A stretch of 64,000 nt of DNA. Origin: Octopus sinensis. Taxonomy: Eukaryota. The stretch covers positions 191,146,001 through 191,210,000 of the forward strand of contig NC_042998.1 in assembly GCF_006345805.1 (NCBI RefSeq). Reading direction: 5' to 3'. The notes below the pieces were generated by a model. The model did no database searches, was not told where the DNA came from, and saw only the letters and a program-made list of their open reading frames with translations. Positions within the stretch are counted from its first letter, which is position 1, and each line of letters begins with the position of its first letter. A program made the translations under genes and the position numbers. This document shows positions 40,341-54,579 of the stretch, piece after piece.

Positions 40341-41428
40341 CCTCTCCCTAAACTGGTTACATTGCTTCTCGAGAAGCTTCGAGTAGACCATTCCCAACGT
40401 TCCATTTTTTAAAATTCAGAAATGCAAGTGTTAAACGAGGTGCTAGCAACCTCGTCTTATAGTAAAACTTATATGCTAACGGAACAATTAAAGGAATAAC
40501 CGATATACATTGAAAGTATACATCGTAGTATTAGACTAACACATTTCATTCAACAACATTCCTCGCAATTATCATTAAAAAAATCACCAAAAGCATGGTT
40601 TAGGAAATATTTTAATATGTTTGCCAATAAATGAAAAACTCTTTATAGCTTTCAGTGAAATGAAATACAATTATATATGTATAGTTGTGTTCTAATACCA
40701 CATGTTTCTACTTATTTGATACTACCCCAGTATTAGGGAACAAATTGCCATATAAGTTTATTTTTGGTTACTGTTCATGTTAAATCACACGGAAGAACAT
40801 ATTCGTATTTTTCTCGCTTTAAGGTATACATTTGGTGATTTGATGTTATCTTACGTTTCACTTAAAATTATATTTTAATGTTACAATGTCTGCTTAAATT
40901 CCATATCTCAGTAATTAAAATATTAAAGAAAAATTGAATTGCACAAGATATATCAATAAATGTAATGTAAAGGAGCAAAATGTAAGTTTAAATGAATGAG
41001 CTCAAAGAATACCAACACTCTAGTATGGAGGGTGATATGTCTGCTTATAATATGCCAGTAAACACGGAAATGTTTGAAAAAATCTGACGGAATATAGATA
41101 GATGAGTAAGTCTTTTATATAGATATGTAAGAAATTCAGCTACAAAGTATAGGATTGAAAGAGAAAGTTGATATAATAGAACTCGCGTCTTTGGTAGGCA
41201 TAAGAAATAGCTAGCTTGGCAAAGTGAAAGAAAGAATATATTAAACTAATAGGTTCTTATAAGACATGGGCATTTAAAATATCCCATTATGTTTAGAAAG
41301 AGTGAAGGGGAATTAATGTGAAGATCGGGATTATGGTTTAAATTATAAGCATTATATATTATTTATTTATTTGCAGCTTTTATTGAATGGTTTTTGCATA
41401 CATGCCTCATACACATACATTTACATGA

Positions 41429-41464
<36 letters not shown>

Positions 41465-41752
41465 AATATGTACGTATATACGCGTGTGTGTGAAATATTT
41501 GTTTGTGTTTCTGTATATGTGTCTGTTTATCTAAGATTTTTTTATGTGTGCATATCAATGTGTTTCTAGAAATCGATGTGAGTCTACGTAGGTATTGAAT
41601 TCTTGCTTATAATTGCTGAGACTTTCACTATCACTCCCACACATTGAAATTACACATGCACATTTGCTCACATATAAACGCTTATGCAACCACGCTGGAA
41701 ATATTCTCACACAGAAACATACATCTATGTAGACAGTTATATAGACGCACAT

Positions 41753-41784
<32 letters not shown>

Positions 41785-43522
41785 ATATAGGTTGTCTAGC
41801 TAACTACTCTGTAGGTTATTGATTGCTGTTCCTTTATATTTTTCGCCAATTACGATCTATTTTTAGAGTTATTAAACCAATAGAGAAGTAAACTTTATTT
41901 GGTTGCCACGCTCTTCTGGGCATTTTGTCTGGACACTCATATATGAATCAATACAACTTGCGAAAGCTATTAAGCCACAGTAAAATCTATTGAGCTAACA
42001 GCTAAATGCAGAGTCACTGGCGAACATCTACCTCTTATTACAATAACAAATGCAATATCAATAAATGAACAAAACCAGATAAAAGCAAGAAAACATCACA
42101 AGGAAACAAAACACAAAACTTCCTCTGAAAAATACTCACATCAAACTATCCGTATCTCAACATTTTATTATCGATATGACATTCAGTTGTAAATAGCTAG
42201 ATTTGTGTAACGTTTAGCTTTATATCTAAATGTAACACAAATTCGGGTGAATATTTCCAGTGAACGTAATATTGAGTGAAGAAACCATTTGAAAATCATC
42301 TATCAACCGAGAGTTGAAGTCAGAAAACTAATACCAGTTCTGAAAATCTCAGATAACAAGAATTAATCTGATGTAAATGCCAAATCTGATATGATATGAA
42401 CAATTCCCTCTTGAAATGAAACATGCTTACGATATTCTGAGAATTCATAGCATTCTGCAGCTAGTAAAAAATTAATCGATTCTGATAAAATAATGAAAGA
42501 ACGAATTTACACTATTTTGGGCGATATAAAACAGCTAATATTTCATTGAAACAGAACATGAACCTTTACGAATAAATAGGGTTTGCGTCACCCTTACCGC
42601 TTATAATGATTGATTAATGGTTATTAATTACCCCATAGAGTTACCCTATTTTGCAAATAAATGGGATTCTTAACGTTTATTGAAATAAGTTTTGGACTGT
42701 GAACTTTAGAGCAAAATATACATGTAAGATTCATATCTATGTACAATGATTTTCAATAAAACGAAAACATTTTTACTGGTCATCATAGAGGAATTGTATT
42801 CTAATAATTCGGTGTACGTTTTACTTCTAAATATAATAAATGGTTAGCTATGCCGAAATAGCATACTATGATAGGGTAACGCAGGAAATATCGCCTAGTC
42901 CTAATCTTCCTTCCTAATAAGCCCACAGAGGCGTGGATGTACGGCGGGCTAACCTTCATTCGCTGGATGATTTTAGAAAAAGAGCGACCTATCAATATCT
43001 ATATTAGCTGGCGTCCACATGGGGGCTACTTTCTTGGTATAATATAGAGGAATTGTGCATCTAAATCAGCGCCCTGTTTCATTTCAAAAATAAACTTTCA
43101 GTATCAAGCAGATTCCTTATTATGGCCCTGAAATACTAAATTATTAAACTAGCTATTCAGTTTATAGATTAGAAATTACAAACATATATTTTTATTTGAA
43201 GGCAACCTCAGTGAATTGACGTGTTATTACAATTGATAAATGAGAAAAGTAATGAGAAAAACCTGTGGAATATTTAGCTGGAGACACCTTTCTCTATAAA
43301 TATCATATTAAGCAATTACTATGCGATTTTGAACCAAAGGGCAGACAAGTACAAAGGTATAACGAAGAGATGAAGAACACCTGGCAAGCATAACTTTAAT
43401 GCTGATTATAATGTTTTGTGGCTTTCTTGACTTCCCATCATAAAAGGTACGTGCAAATGCCTGTTTATAGGTGAAGCGAAAACACATATACACTTACACA
43501 TACACACTCTCTGAGTGTAAAT

Positions 43523-43561
<39 letters not shown>

Positions 43562-43719
43562 AAGATAGATAGGTATATAGATAGATAGATGTGTGCGTGT
43601 ATGCGTATGGGTGTGTGTGTCTATGTGTGTGCGTAATAATACTATGGGAAACGCATTTTAAGGAAAGAGTTCAAGAAAAATCCTCTACAAATTAATGTAT
43701 ACAGCACTATATGCAATAA

Positions 43720-44360
43720 CAGATACATACATACATATATACATACATGCATACATTCATATATACATACATACATGCATACATACATTCATACATACAT
43801 ACATACATACATACATACATACATACATACATACATGCATACATACATTCATATATACATAATGTTTATCATGTAATGTATAAGTATAAAGATAAAAGCT
43901 ACTAAAAATTTCTTGCATTGTAAACGCGGGAAACTGTTAACAGCTGATATCTTTATACCGTGTTCATTAAGATAAAATTTATCTCTCACTCGATGGAGTA
44001 CATCTTATTGTGGATCTTACCTTCAAGGAACAGGAAACTGCATACACGCACACACACACAGAAATATATACTTTTCCATAGGTTTAAGTATGTATGTATG
44101 TATGTATGCATGTATGCATGTATGTAAGTATGTATGTATTATTGTATGTATGTATGTATGTATGTATGTATGTATGTATGTATGTATGTATGTATGTATG
44201 TATGTATGCATGTATGTACGTATGTATGTATGTATGTATGTATGTATGTATGTATGTATGTATGTATGTATGTTTGTATGTATGTATGTATGCATGTATG
44301 TAAGTATGTATGTATTATTGTATGTATGTATGTATGCATGTATGTATGTATTATTGTATG
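43720..44360. repeat. (TACA)n and (TATG)n arrays in opposite orientation around a unique spacer
   Basis: About 43720-43860 and 44088-44360; recurring TATTATTG interruptions in the second array. Confidence 0.9.
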
Positions 44361-44867
44361 CCTGTGTGTATGCGGCACGTATGTACGAATGCATTTATGT
44401 ATTGAAAAACGGTGTCGATTACTTCAAATTTCAACAAACGCTGCCGTTTTAACTGTGCTTTTTTTTTTTAAAGATATTGCTCATATATGTAGAGGTTACA
44501 GACATCACAAGTAAAACGGGTTGGGGAGTACAATTAGGGGGAAAAAGGTGCGATTAACTATTAAAATAGAAATCACTAGAGTACGCTTATAATTATAAGA
44601 TTGAAACTAATCTAGAAAAACCGGGTTTGGTTACAAATTGCAACTGAATATTTAAAAGCATTGATTATCATGAGACATAAAAGTTTAAATGAAATCCCAT
44701 AATTTTTTTTATCGCTAAACATTTTAAACGTTGACAACTGATGTATTTAAAGGTAACTAACATTACTGTTGGGAAACAAAAGCAAATTTTTGTAATGTTT
44801 AAGATTGAGTTATTTTATTTTGAAACCGGTGAAGAGTGTAATGATTTATAATATTATTGGTTTCAAA

Positions 44868-45045
44868 GTTTGGCACAAGGCTAGCAATTTCAGGGGAGAA
44901 GATAAGTCGATTACACTGCATAGCTGGTACTTATTCATCGACCCCGAAAGGAGAAAAGGCAAAGTTGGTCAACGTAAAGACGTATAAAATGTCGTTTAGC
45001 AGTTTTCCCGCGACGTGCTAACTTTTATGCCAGCTTGTCGTCTTA
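44868..45045 (-). mobile_element. diverged SINE family A with tail 2, internally deleted
   Basis: GGCACAAGGCTAGCAATTTCAGGGGAG..ATCGACCCCGAAAGG..GTGCTAAC..GCCAGCT. Confidence 0.7.
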
Positions 45046-45085
45046 TTGCTTTATGTAGTATAAAGGAATTTTTGTAGTATAATAT

Positions 45086-45425
45086 CGGAGAACCCCCTTC
45101 GGTCACGACACAGACCATGGGATTGCACCTAGAAAGTTACCCTCCAAGACACAAGTCCGGGCGAGGTTGTTTATGGAAGACCAGCAGTCGCCCATGCATA
45201 CCAGCCTCCCCTCTCCACGCCACCAGTGTTATCCAAGGGAAAGACAAAGGTCGATACAGCTTGGCACCAGTGACGTCGCAACTCATTCCTACAGCTGAGT
45301 GAACTGGAGCAACGTGAAATAAAGTGCATTGCTCAAGAACAAAACACGCAGCCCGGTCCGGGATTCGAGCTCACAACCTCACGATCGTAAGCGCGACGCT
45401 CTAACCACTGAGCCATGCGCCTTCA
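45086..45425 (-). mobile_element. tRNA-head CORE-like SINE family D, full length
   Basis: Head GGCGCATGGCTCAGTGGTTAGAGCG..CTCGAATCCC, CORE-like TTCTTGAGCAATGCACTTTATTTCACGTTGCTCCAG; possible TSD TAATAT. Confidence 0.9.
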
Positions 45426-45798
45426 TAATATACAACAGTAGATGCTTTATAGTATATTAATTATTGGGCTACACATAAAAATACATTTTTTAAAAGAGCC
45501 AAGAAAGTTTCTGGGTAAACTTATAAATTGAGAATTAAAAATTGAACTTTATTAAGAAAGGTGTGCCACATATAGTGCAGTATGAAATATTTAATATACA
45601 CACAATAGAGGTTTTGTAGAGTATAACATTTCATATAACTAGTACCAGAAAATATCGCCGCCAGTTCTTGAATAAATAGTCAAAGGATGATATACATTCA
45701 TAAAAAAGTAAAAAACCTAAATTTATGAACTCAACGCTTGAACACACACACACACACACCCACAAACACACACACACTCAGAGGGAGAGAGAATTTAT

Positions 45799-46402
45799 TT
45801 ACCTCTTTATTGCCCACAGGTGGCTAAACATAGAGGGAACAAACAAGTTCAGATAAACGGATTAAGTAGATTACATCGACCAGAATGTGTAACTGGTATT
45901 TATTTAATCGACCCCAAATGGATGAAAGGCAAAGTCGACCTCGGCGGAATTTGAACTCAGAATGTAACGGCAGGCGAAACACCTATTTCTTTACTACCCA
46001 CAAGGGACTAAAGACAGAGAGGACAAACAAGGACTGACAGACGGATTAAGTCGACTATATCGACCCAAGTGCTTAACTGGTACTTATTTAATCGACCCCG
46101 GATGGATGAACGGCAAAGTCGATCTCGGCGGAATTTGAACTCAGAACGTAGCGGCAGACGGAATCCCTATTTCTTTACTACCCACAAGGGGCTAAACACA
46201 GAGCGGACAAACAAGGACAGACATAGGTATTAAGTCGATTACATCGACGCCAATGCGTAACTGGTACTTAATTTATCGACCCCGAAAGGATGAAAGGCAA
46301 AGTGGACCTCGGCGGAATTTGAACTCAGAACGTAACGGCAGACGAAATACCGCAAAGCATTTCGTCCAGCGTGCTAACGTTTCTGCCAGCACGCCGCGCT
46401 AG
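45799..46402 (-). mobile_element. SINE family A head+body x3 trimer
   Basis: Junctions at about 45982 and 46166; a single 16-bp TSD GGGAGAGAGAATTTAT at 45783-45798 and 46403-46418. Confidence 0.9.
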
Positions 46403-48118
46403 GGGAGAGAGAATTTATCGAAACTGTGGAATGACCTGAAGCGATGTTTTCTTTCTCTAAAGACGCTCTTATGTGCGAAATTTAGTTTTAAAATGAACAA
46501 TGATAAAGAATTTGAAGAATTACAAAACCTTACTAAAAGCGCGAAATAAACTAAGTATTTTACAGAAACAACTATATTTTTTAAAATTATTATATTATTA
46601 TAAACATTGAATGACATTTTTATTGTAATCGCAGATAGGATAAAAACTTTGTAAAATTATAAAATAAAATAGATTACTATTTTACGATTACTTCAAGAAG
46701 CAATATTTTTCGTGATAAAAACTGAACGAGCAAGATGGTAAACAGCTATATAAAACTATAATATGCTGAAAAGGTTGTAGAAAGAACAGAGTTCAAAATC
46801 TTAGCTAATAATAATTTTTGAAAAGTACTAAAACTCAGAACTATAAATCAAAGTGGACATCTTAAGTGTTGAATACGAAATTCGCAGGAAAACAAATATA
46901 TATCTTCTAAATTATGTGTTATAGCTTCCAACAATTTCTACCGTTTACAGATAAAACTGAAAGTGGATAAACTATTTGTTGTAACGCAAACAATCGCCTA
47001 TACACACATGTTTATGGTTTATATAGAGGATGAAGAGTAATCCCTATAACCTTTCTCCAGGGCCTCAGGGACTGATGAGTGAAAGAAAAGAATTTATCCT
47101 TAATCCTGAAGCCAAATACATGGGACGTAACGGATTTTACAAAGAACAAGAATTAGGCAGAAGGGTGAAACTGGTTGACGGATTAAATCTATAATCGAAT
47201 TATAAGAATTTCCCATCTGCAGGCATCCAAATAGTTACCATCTATCAAATTTCTCTCACAATGCTTTGGTAACACGATGCTATTATAAAAGATAATTGCC
47301 TACGTTATATAGCAATAAAATTAAATACAAAACTACGTAATTGCAAAGTTAGCTTCTTAACAACACAACTATACTTGTACCCATATGAGAGAGAATAAAG
47401 AAATATATTACGGTGTAAATGATGAAGCAGTTGTGTAGCATATAAAATAATGCATAGCATATAAAATCTTCATCTATTCTCACCTGCCACAATGAAACTT
47501 CGCAAAGCGACATTTAACAGAACTGACTTCAGAGTATTCGATAACTCTCTAGAAATGAACGGTGAATAGTGAAATTAAATTCTGCAGCATTTAAATTTAG
47601 AATATAATGGTAGAGAACTGATCATTTTGTACAGCGCTTAACACAGGACTCCACTCTTTCTATAAATGGCCTTGCTACATTAATGAATTGAGTAATATGA
47701 AAAACATCTGCGTGCGTTCATTGACCTGTTGCTTCTTCGTAACCGAATAAGACCATCCATGCATCTGCCCATTTTTATCATTTACTATAATGAAGGATTT
47801 AGCAGAGATCTTATTAAAATCGTAAAATAGGCAACATCATAGCTGAAATTATACGTTCAGCAGAAAAGAATCATCGATATGATATATGAAGGAAATTTAA
47901 GTAGTAGGAAAAATATATTTAAAACAAATATTGATAAATAACTATGGTAATTATAGTAATGTAAGTTAAAGTAAGAATGTGTGAAGCTGCTGGTTAAGGA
48001 AGGAATAGTGTCAGTATAGAACTATCATCAGAGGAAAGGCCATGGTAGTTGAGTAGGAGAAGCATTGAATTACAGATCAGTATAACAAAGTTGAAGCCGT
48101 TGTTTGCGCTGGAATCAA

Positions 48119-48340
48119 CCCTGTAGCATTCTGATTACTGTGATATGTAATACTTATTTATTCACACTGCTTTGAATTAAATCATGCATAATCTCATAGC
48201 TTCGGGATTTTGATCATGTGATTGTTTATGTTTAGAATGATACTGTATTTTCGGTGTGAGGGGCTGAATGTGGCGAGTTTGAACATAAAACAAGGTAGAA
48301 TATATTTGTGCTAGATATAGCCTGTTCAAATGCTAAAAGG
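48119..48340. mobile_element. piggyBac-like MITE
   Basis: TCAA|CCCTGTAGCATT ... AATGCTAAAAGG|TTAA: imperfect TIRs with TTAA-like flanks. Confidence 0.55.
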
Positions 48341-48747
48341 TTAAGGGAGTGGTTTTGCTTTTTAATGAAAGACACGTCAGCCAGATTTCCAATGAGTTTT
48401 CTCAGACAGTGAGAGCAAAGTATATAGGCAATTCTAGGTGGATTTGTTATTTTCCATTTTTATTTTTAAAGCATATTGTTCAGTTAACCTATAAACGGAA
48501 GTATGAGTGTGTGTTGGTGTGTGTGTTTGTGCACGCATGTGCGTGTGTAAGTGATTGTGTTTGTGTATGGATGTGCATGTGTATACGATCAAAAATATTA
48601 AATTCGATCGAGTTGGTTTAAATAAGCAACCTTTACCTAAAAAGAAAATATAATTAAAGAGAAGACATTACCTTCTTTAAAATCTGCTGAATAAATGTAA
48701 TAATGATGATTTAAGTGTGATTGAGTCCATATATATTCTTTTAAATA

Positions 48748-49180
48748 TTTCAGTCATTTGAATGTGGCCATTCTGGAACACCACTTGAAAGGTTTCATCG
48801 AAGAAAATGACCCTATAAACGGAAGCCTATTACTTATTCTATTCTTCTCTTTTGTCGAACCGCTAGATTACGGGGGGGGGGGCACCAACACCGGTTGTCA
48901 AGTGGACGTGGAGGGATAAACACAAACTCGCAGACACACAGACACAGGCACACACATGCACGTACACACTCACACACACACACACCACACACACACACAC
49001 CACACACACACACACATCATATACGGCAGGATTCTTTCAATTTCCGTCTACTATAACCACTCAAAAGGCTTCGGTGTGCCGAGGCTATAGTAGATTGCAC
49101 CTGCTCAAGTCGCGACGTTGCGGGACTGAGTCCAGAACCATACGGTTGGGAAGGAAGCTTCTTACCACACAGCTTCGCCT
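48748..49180 (-). mobile_element. SINE family F, diverged
   Basis: Homologous to 34645-35057, with an internal (CA)n block. Confidence 0.8.
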
Positions 49181-49877
49181 ATATATTATATATATATATA
49201 TATATACGGTCACACACATACACACATGTGTATATATACATGTGGATTAAATTTAAAGAAGTGAACCTAAATATCTATAATTATCAGTGCACACAATCCA
49301 AACAAATCCAAGCAAATTTTTATTATAAAGGCCATCTGTTTATCATATCGAAAATTTATGCGCCATTGACAAGAATGATACTGTGGTTTTTGTCTGAGAA
49401 AAAATCTCTTCACAAAGCCGTGTTAAAAACACAATATATATCGGAAGAAAATGAATATCGTCCCAGCAGCAGCAGCAGCTGGAAGTGTTAGACGTGTCTC
49501 AGGAGTGTTAGACGTGCCACGCCCTTTGAATGGGGTAGTCACATACATGAACGGAGTCTGTCACCAATATATAGCAAGCAATGAATAATACAATTGCTGA
49601 GACTACGTAAATTTGCCTTCTCAAAATAGACTCGGTGTACATAATTGAAACAGCGATATATTATAAACGTCACCTGTATATCCTATTTAGCGTATTTACA
49701 ACATTGATAGGCTGTTCAGTACTGGGTCGGTGTTCGTCTCACTCTGATAGATTGTGCTTTCAACACAACGTGTTTGTGAAGATAATGTTTGTAATCATAA
49801 CTACAGTCATGCTTGTCATTGACATATATACGTTATCTGTGATACAGAAATGACGTTCATATTATCTGGACGTTTTT

Positions 49878-49915
49878 CCTCTTTCTGACGAAGAACCATT
49901 TTCGAAACGTCATAC
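49878..49915 (+). ncRNA. hammerhead-like motif, stem I not supported
   Basis: CTGACGA(49885-91)-A-GAA-CCATT-TTC-GAAA-CGTC. Confidence 0.35.
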
Positions 49916-50284
49916 ACTAACTCTTTTTTCCATCTTATACTGAGCTCCAAGCTAATACATTCTATGTATGCGTCTTTAACTTTTTATCTTCTTATTTATT
50001 TTTTATTTTCGATGTTTCTATATGTGTGTGTTTGTACGTTATCTTGTATATTTTCTTCCCTTTTCTACAGCTTATGTGTTTGTGTGTGGTGTGTGTGTGT
50101 GTGTGTCTGTGTGTGTGTGCAGCATGTATATGTATGCTGATTCACAAATAAATTTACATCAGGTATTATACAACATACATTATTTATTTATTTATTAATA
50201 TTATCTCTGACACTTGAAGATGTATCATACTTGCCAAATGGCGATCAAGATCAGATCCCCTTTGAGAATGGGAGGTACAATTTA

Positions 50285-50670
50285 GATTCAAGAATTCTCC
50301 AAAGTTGATACGTGATTAAGGAAAATGACAGCCTTTGTGTCTGGAGATAAGCGGATAGTCGTATACACGTATTTCTGACTCAACAGACGTCATCAGCAAA
50401 CAATTGTTGGTTGATATTTCACATACCTGTATTTGTCTATATTAATACATGCTGTCGGTCATTCGAATTTTCTCTTTGCCCATGTTTTTTTTAATTTATG
50501 CAAATTACTTAGGTCATAAGTGTATTCTAATTTTCTTATCAGGTTTTCCAACCGCAAATGGTTGACAACTATTATCCTGAAGCAGGGTTAATCACTTGTA
50601 CAGACTGTCCTTTTATCTCTCAACGAAACGCCTATCCTTTCCCTTAACGTAAACTTTGGAGAATTTTTGA
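50285..50670. repeat. old inverted repeat with hammerhead-core remnants in both arms
   Basis: AATTCTCCAAAGTT..GAGATAA..GGAYAGTC..TACA.GT arms at about 50290-50396 and 50577-50668; CTGATGA on minus at 50396-50390 and CTGAAGC on plus at 50577-50583. Confidence 0.5.
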
Positions 50671-50937
50671 TTCTTGAGATCATCTTTTACTCAAATGGTG
50701 GTGGTCTTTATTATTATATCGTAATTATGATGCATCCTCTACAGGCGGAAATGTTTTCAATCAACCACTAGTCAATTGTGTATGGTATTTGACATACTCA
50801 TATTTGTCTATGTTGTTGATAATACATGCTACTGACAATTTGAACTTATTTTTGTTTATATATACATGTTGTGTGTGTGTGTGTGTGTGTGTGGGGGGGG
50901 GTTTGTGTGTGTGCGCGCGTGTTTTATATATATATAT

Positions 50938-50975
<38 letters not shown>

Positions 50976-51429
50976 TATATATATATACATATTTATATGG
51001 ACATACATATGTGTTTGGGTGTATATGTGTGTGTATATAATGCAATCTAATTCTTATTTAACAGGTCTCCCCCTATCTATATTTCTTTCCCATACCCTTT
51101 CTCTTGTATATTTTCTTCTCTTTTCTAGGGCTTATACGTTTATATTTACAATTATTTACAACTATTTGTTATGAATATTTAACATAATGAGAAGTGTAGC
51201 AAAGCACCATTCCCTAATGAAGCGTGCAAATATCAACATGGCTGCCTGAACTCTTTATGTATGCATGTACGTCACGTGACGCAGACTACAAAACTGATGC
51301 AACACAATATGATGCACAACATCCCACCTATAAAGGACAGTCGCAGGATGGGTCGAAGCGATCGTCGTACGGAATAAAGACTAATACCAAATCCATCTTA
51401 TGCTTCCGTAATCAATTATCATATATGTA

Positions 51430-51678
51430 TGTTTATGGAAGACCAGCAGTCGCCCGTACATACCGGCCTCTCCTCTCCACGCCACCAGTGTTATCCAAGG
51501 GAAAGGCTGATACAGCTTGGCACCTGTGACGTCGCAACTCATTTCTACTGCTGAATGGACTGGAGCAACATGAAATAAAGTGTCTTGCTCAAGAACACAA
51601 TACACAGCGCGGTCCTGGATTCGAACTCACAACCTCACGATCGTAAGCTCGATGCTCTAACCACTGAGCCATGCGCCT
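51430..51678 (-). mobile_element. SINE family D, 3'-truncated
   Basis: Homologous to 45170-45425. Confidence 0.85.
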
Positions 51679-54003
51679 TGTGCGGTATTTCGATACGCTA
51701 GAAGCACCATCCAAAATGTTCCCTTATTGTACACTCAACTGTCATCTAAAATCCAATGTATCATTGGATAAACTGTAACTGAACAGACGGGATAGCCATG
51801 GCTGGAATGTTTTTGATAATTGGTTTGCTCGATCAGGGTTGACTTACAGCTAAGCGATAACAACAGTAATTTATTGTCTGATGTGAAGATGACATGTAAT
51901 CTCCAATAATCATTGTCAATTCTAAAATGATCACAGAGAGATATTAATAGTACATGGGAGTAGTGTGTAATAAAGATTTCAACCATGTAACTACGCTCTG
52001 CCTACTTCATAGAGAAATATATTACCGCTTACATTCATGGTTATTCTATAACAATTATTACTAATACATATTTCAAAGGTATGACAAGACTGCCCATTGT
52101 ATAGACATATAAATTCTTATTTATGTTCATGAATGATCATAAGTATGCTATACTAATCATTACGAATTAATTTTCAGCGCGGTGGGTTAATAAAATCTAG
52201 AAAATGATGGGCAAATGATCTGATAAATTTAGATAAACACTCAACATCCTCAGTTAAAGCCTTTCGGTGATAATAAACAATATACTGGTCAAGCATGAGT
52301 ATATTGTTAAACGTTCGCCCCACGGCTGTATGATTCCGGATTGGAGTCCATCGCGAGACAACTTGAGAAAGAATCTTATATATTAGGCTCTCGTTTAACT
52401 GTAACTTGTATGTGGAATCTCTGCAGCGGAAGATATGTCGTGCACGCACACACGCCACATGCACGCACGCACGCACACACACACATACAAACGCATACAC
52501 ATACAAACACACATACGCACTCACACAGAGCTTGAGTTGGTGGTGCAGTTCTTAATGATGTACCACAAAATATTTGATGCATCTAAATTTGCCGTCGATT
52601 TGGTGAAAAAAAAGCATAAACAAAAATACTGATGGCAGTTATCGGAAACTCTAAAAAGAGTACAGTTTCAAGTAATTAGGGTTTATCTTTGTGAAAAATT
52701 TAAATTTCGTAATTAGCAGAAAAATATGATCTCTTTCAGCAAGTAAGATGAGAGTTACGGCTTTATGAAACCTCATCAGGGAAGCATTAGTTATAGTTTT
52801 ATCGTGTTCACATTTATCAATAGACAGGTTGAGAAATAGTTACAAAGATTTTAGAGCAGTATGATTTGCATATTTAGAAAAGGTGTACTGAGGAAAATAT
52901 TAAATTTAAAACAAATGTTTTGCTTTTAATATCCTTTGTCCTAAGCCTACTGTAATTGAACAAACCTATTCTCAAGGACATTTCGACATCATCAAGAATA
53001 CTTTATCTGGTGATTCCTGTAATTTTTTAAAGACAGCTTTAATATGCAGCAGATTTTGGTCGCCGCTTCATGCAAGACTTTATCGAGGCTCCTTCATACT
53101 TTCGTACATTTCTGAATGTTTGACTTATAGGTAAGCAATATGTTGAACACCTTGTAGATTTACTTAGTTGCTACCAAATATTATTCAAATCACATCCAAA
53201 TAATCTAGGATTAGATATACGACTCTTGGATGGTTCAGTTCGTAACACCTTTGAACAAAAGTCTCCAAGGTCAAGATTATTTCAGGGCTGAATTACAGTA
53301 ACAATATGCTGTTGTCTAAATTATAAACAGCAGTTTTTTTTGCCCGAATACTTTAATATCATCGTATTTCTACCAATGCAGATTACGATAATTGATAATT
53401 AAAACGATAATGCAATAATTTCTATCCGGATGGTAATTATGAGAATGACGATAATGTAATTATAGATTGATATACGATTCGGAAACTTTTCTGTTCGCCG
53501 ATAGACATACGCCTATATAGTTTAATGTGCGATACATATTTCATATTTTAGGGTTTTAACTTGAACTGAGTAAAATATAAATGATGTAGATGTATCAGTA
53601 CACTATAAAATCCGTTCTGCTCTCTTAATAGCATTTAAGTGGAGTCTTATCAAAATCCATTATATTTGAATACAAGATGAATTACGAAATTAATACAAGC
53701 ACATGAAAAGCTTGCCTCGATCCATCATACATGCATATATAACAGAATTTATTTTGCTATGTATCCTCAAAAACTTAATTGACTGAAAGGGGTGTTTATG
53801 AGAGATTTCCTGTGATATTAATAAGTCCTATGTAGCATAATAAAATGAATCAGTAAGATTAATAATACTTCATAATTCAATTCCAGATTAATAATCCTGA
53901 TACTAAAAGAATATATTATATTAAGTTCCGTGCATAATCTTTGGCAGTTTCTCTCGTTCCCTTGGAAGGGACATTGCTAAGTAGTTAAATACAAACTTCT
54001 TAA

Positions 54004-54047
<44 letters not shown>

Positions 54048-54579
54048 TATATATATGTATGTATATATATATATATGTATATACGACAAGCATAATTTAT
54101 ACGATAATCAAAAATAATATTTCAAAGGCTAAATTTAATTGAGTTAAACATGCATATGTTTTACACCAAAATGTTTCATTTCTACTTCTGTAAGTCAGTA
54201 TGCAACTGTGTACGTGCAATGGCATATATATACATCAATACATACATATATAAAAACATACATATGTACACAAATACTTACACAGAAATACAGAATATAT
54301 GAATCGATTAAGGCCTGAAAATATGCCTTATTTTACATGATGTTTGAATAATGTTCATGAATGCCGGAGGTGTATGGATATGGTTAAAAAAATGTGATGC
54401 GTATGCTCAGTCAGTATTACTTAATGCTTGCGTGTGATGTTGATATATATTTATATATATTGTGGTTTTGGCCTCTCCCGTTTATTACTTGGTTGTCTAT
54501 CAATCTGTCTAATTATCTATTCATCCATCTACCGATTCACGTAGCTGAACAAGTATTTAGACTTTGGTTGGCATATATA

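Noticed and set aside
52950-53290. Possible Tc1/mariner C-terminal remnant (S.DLNP.DY-like) on minus, or a 60-codon plus-strand exon
   Set aside because: Both need several assumptions and cannot be supported by eye; a BLASTX search would decide.
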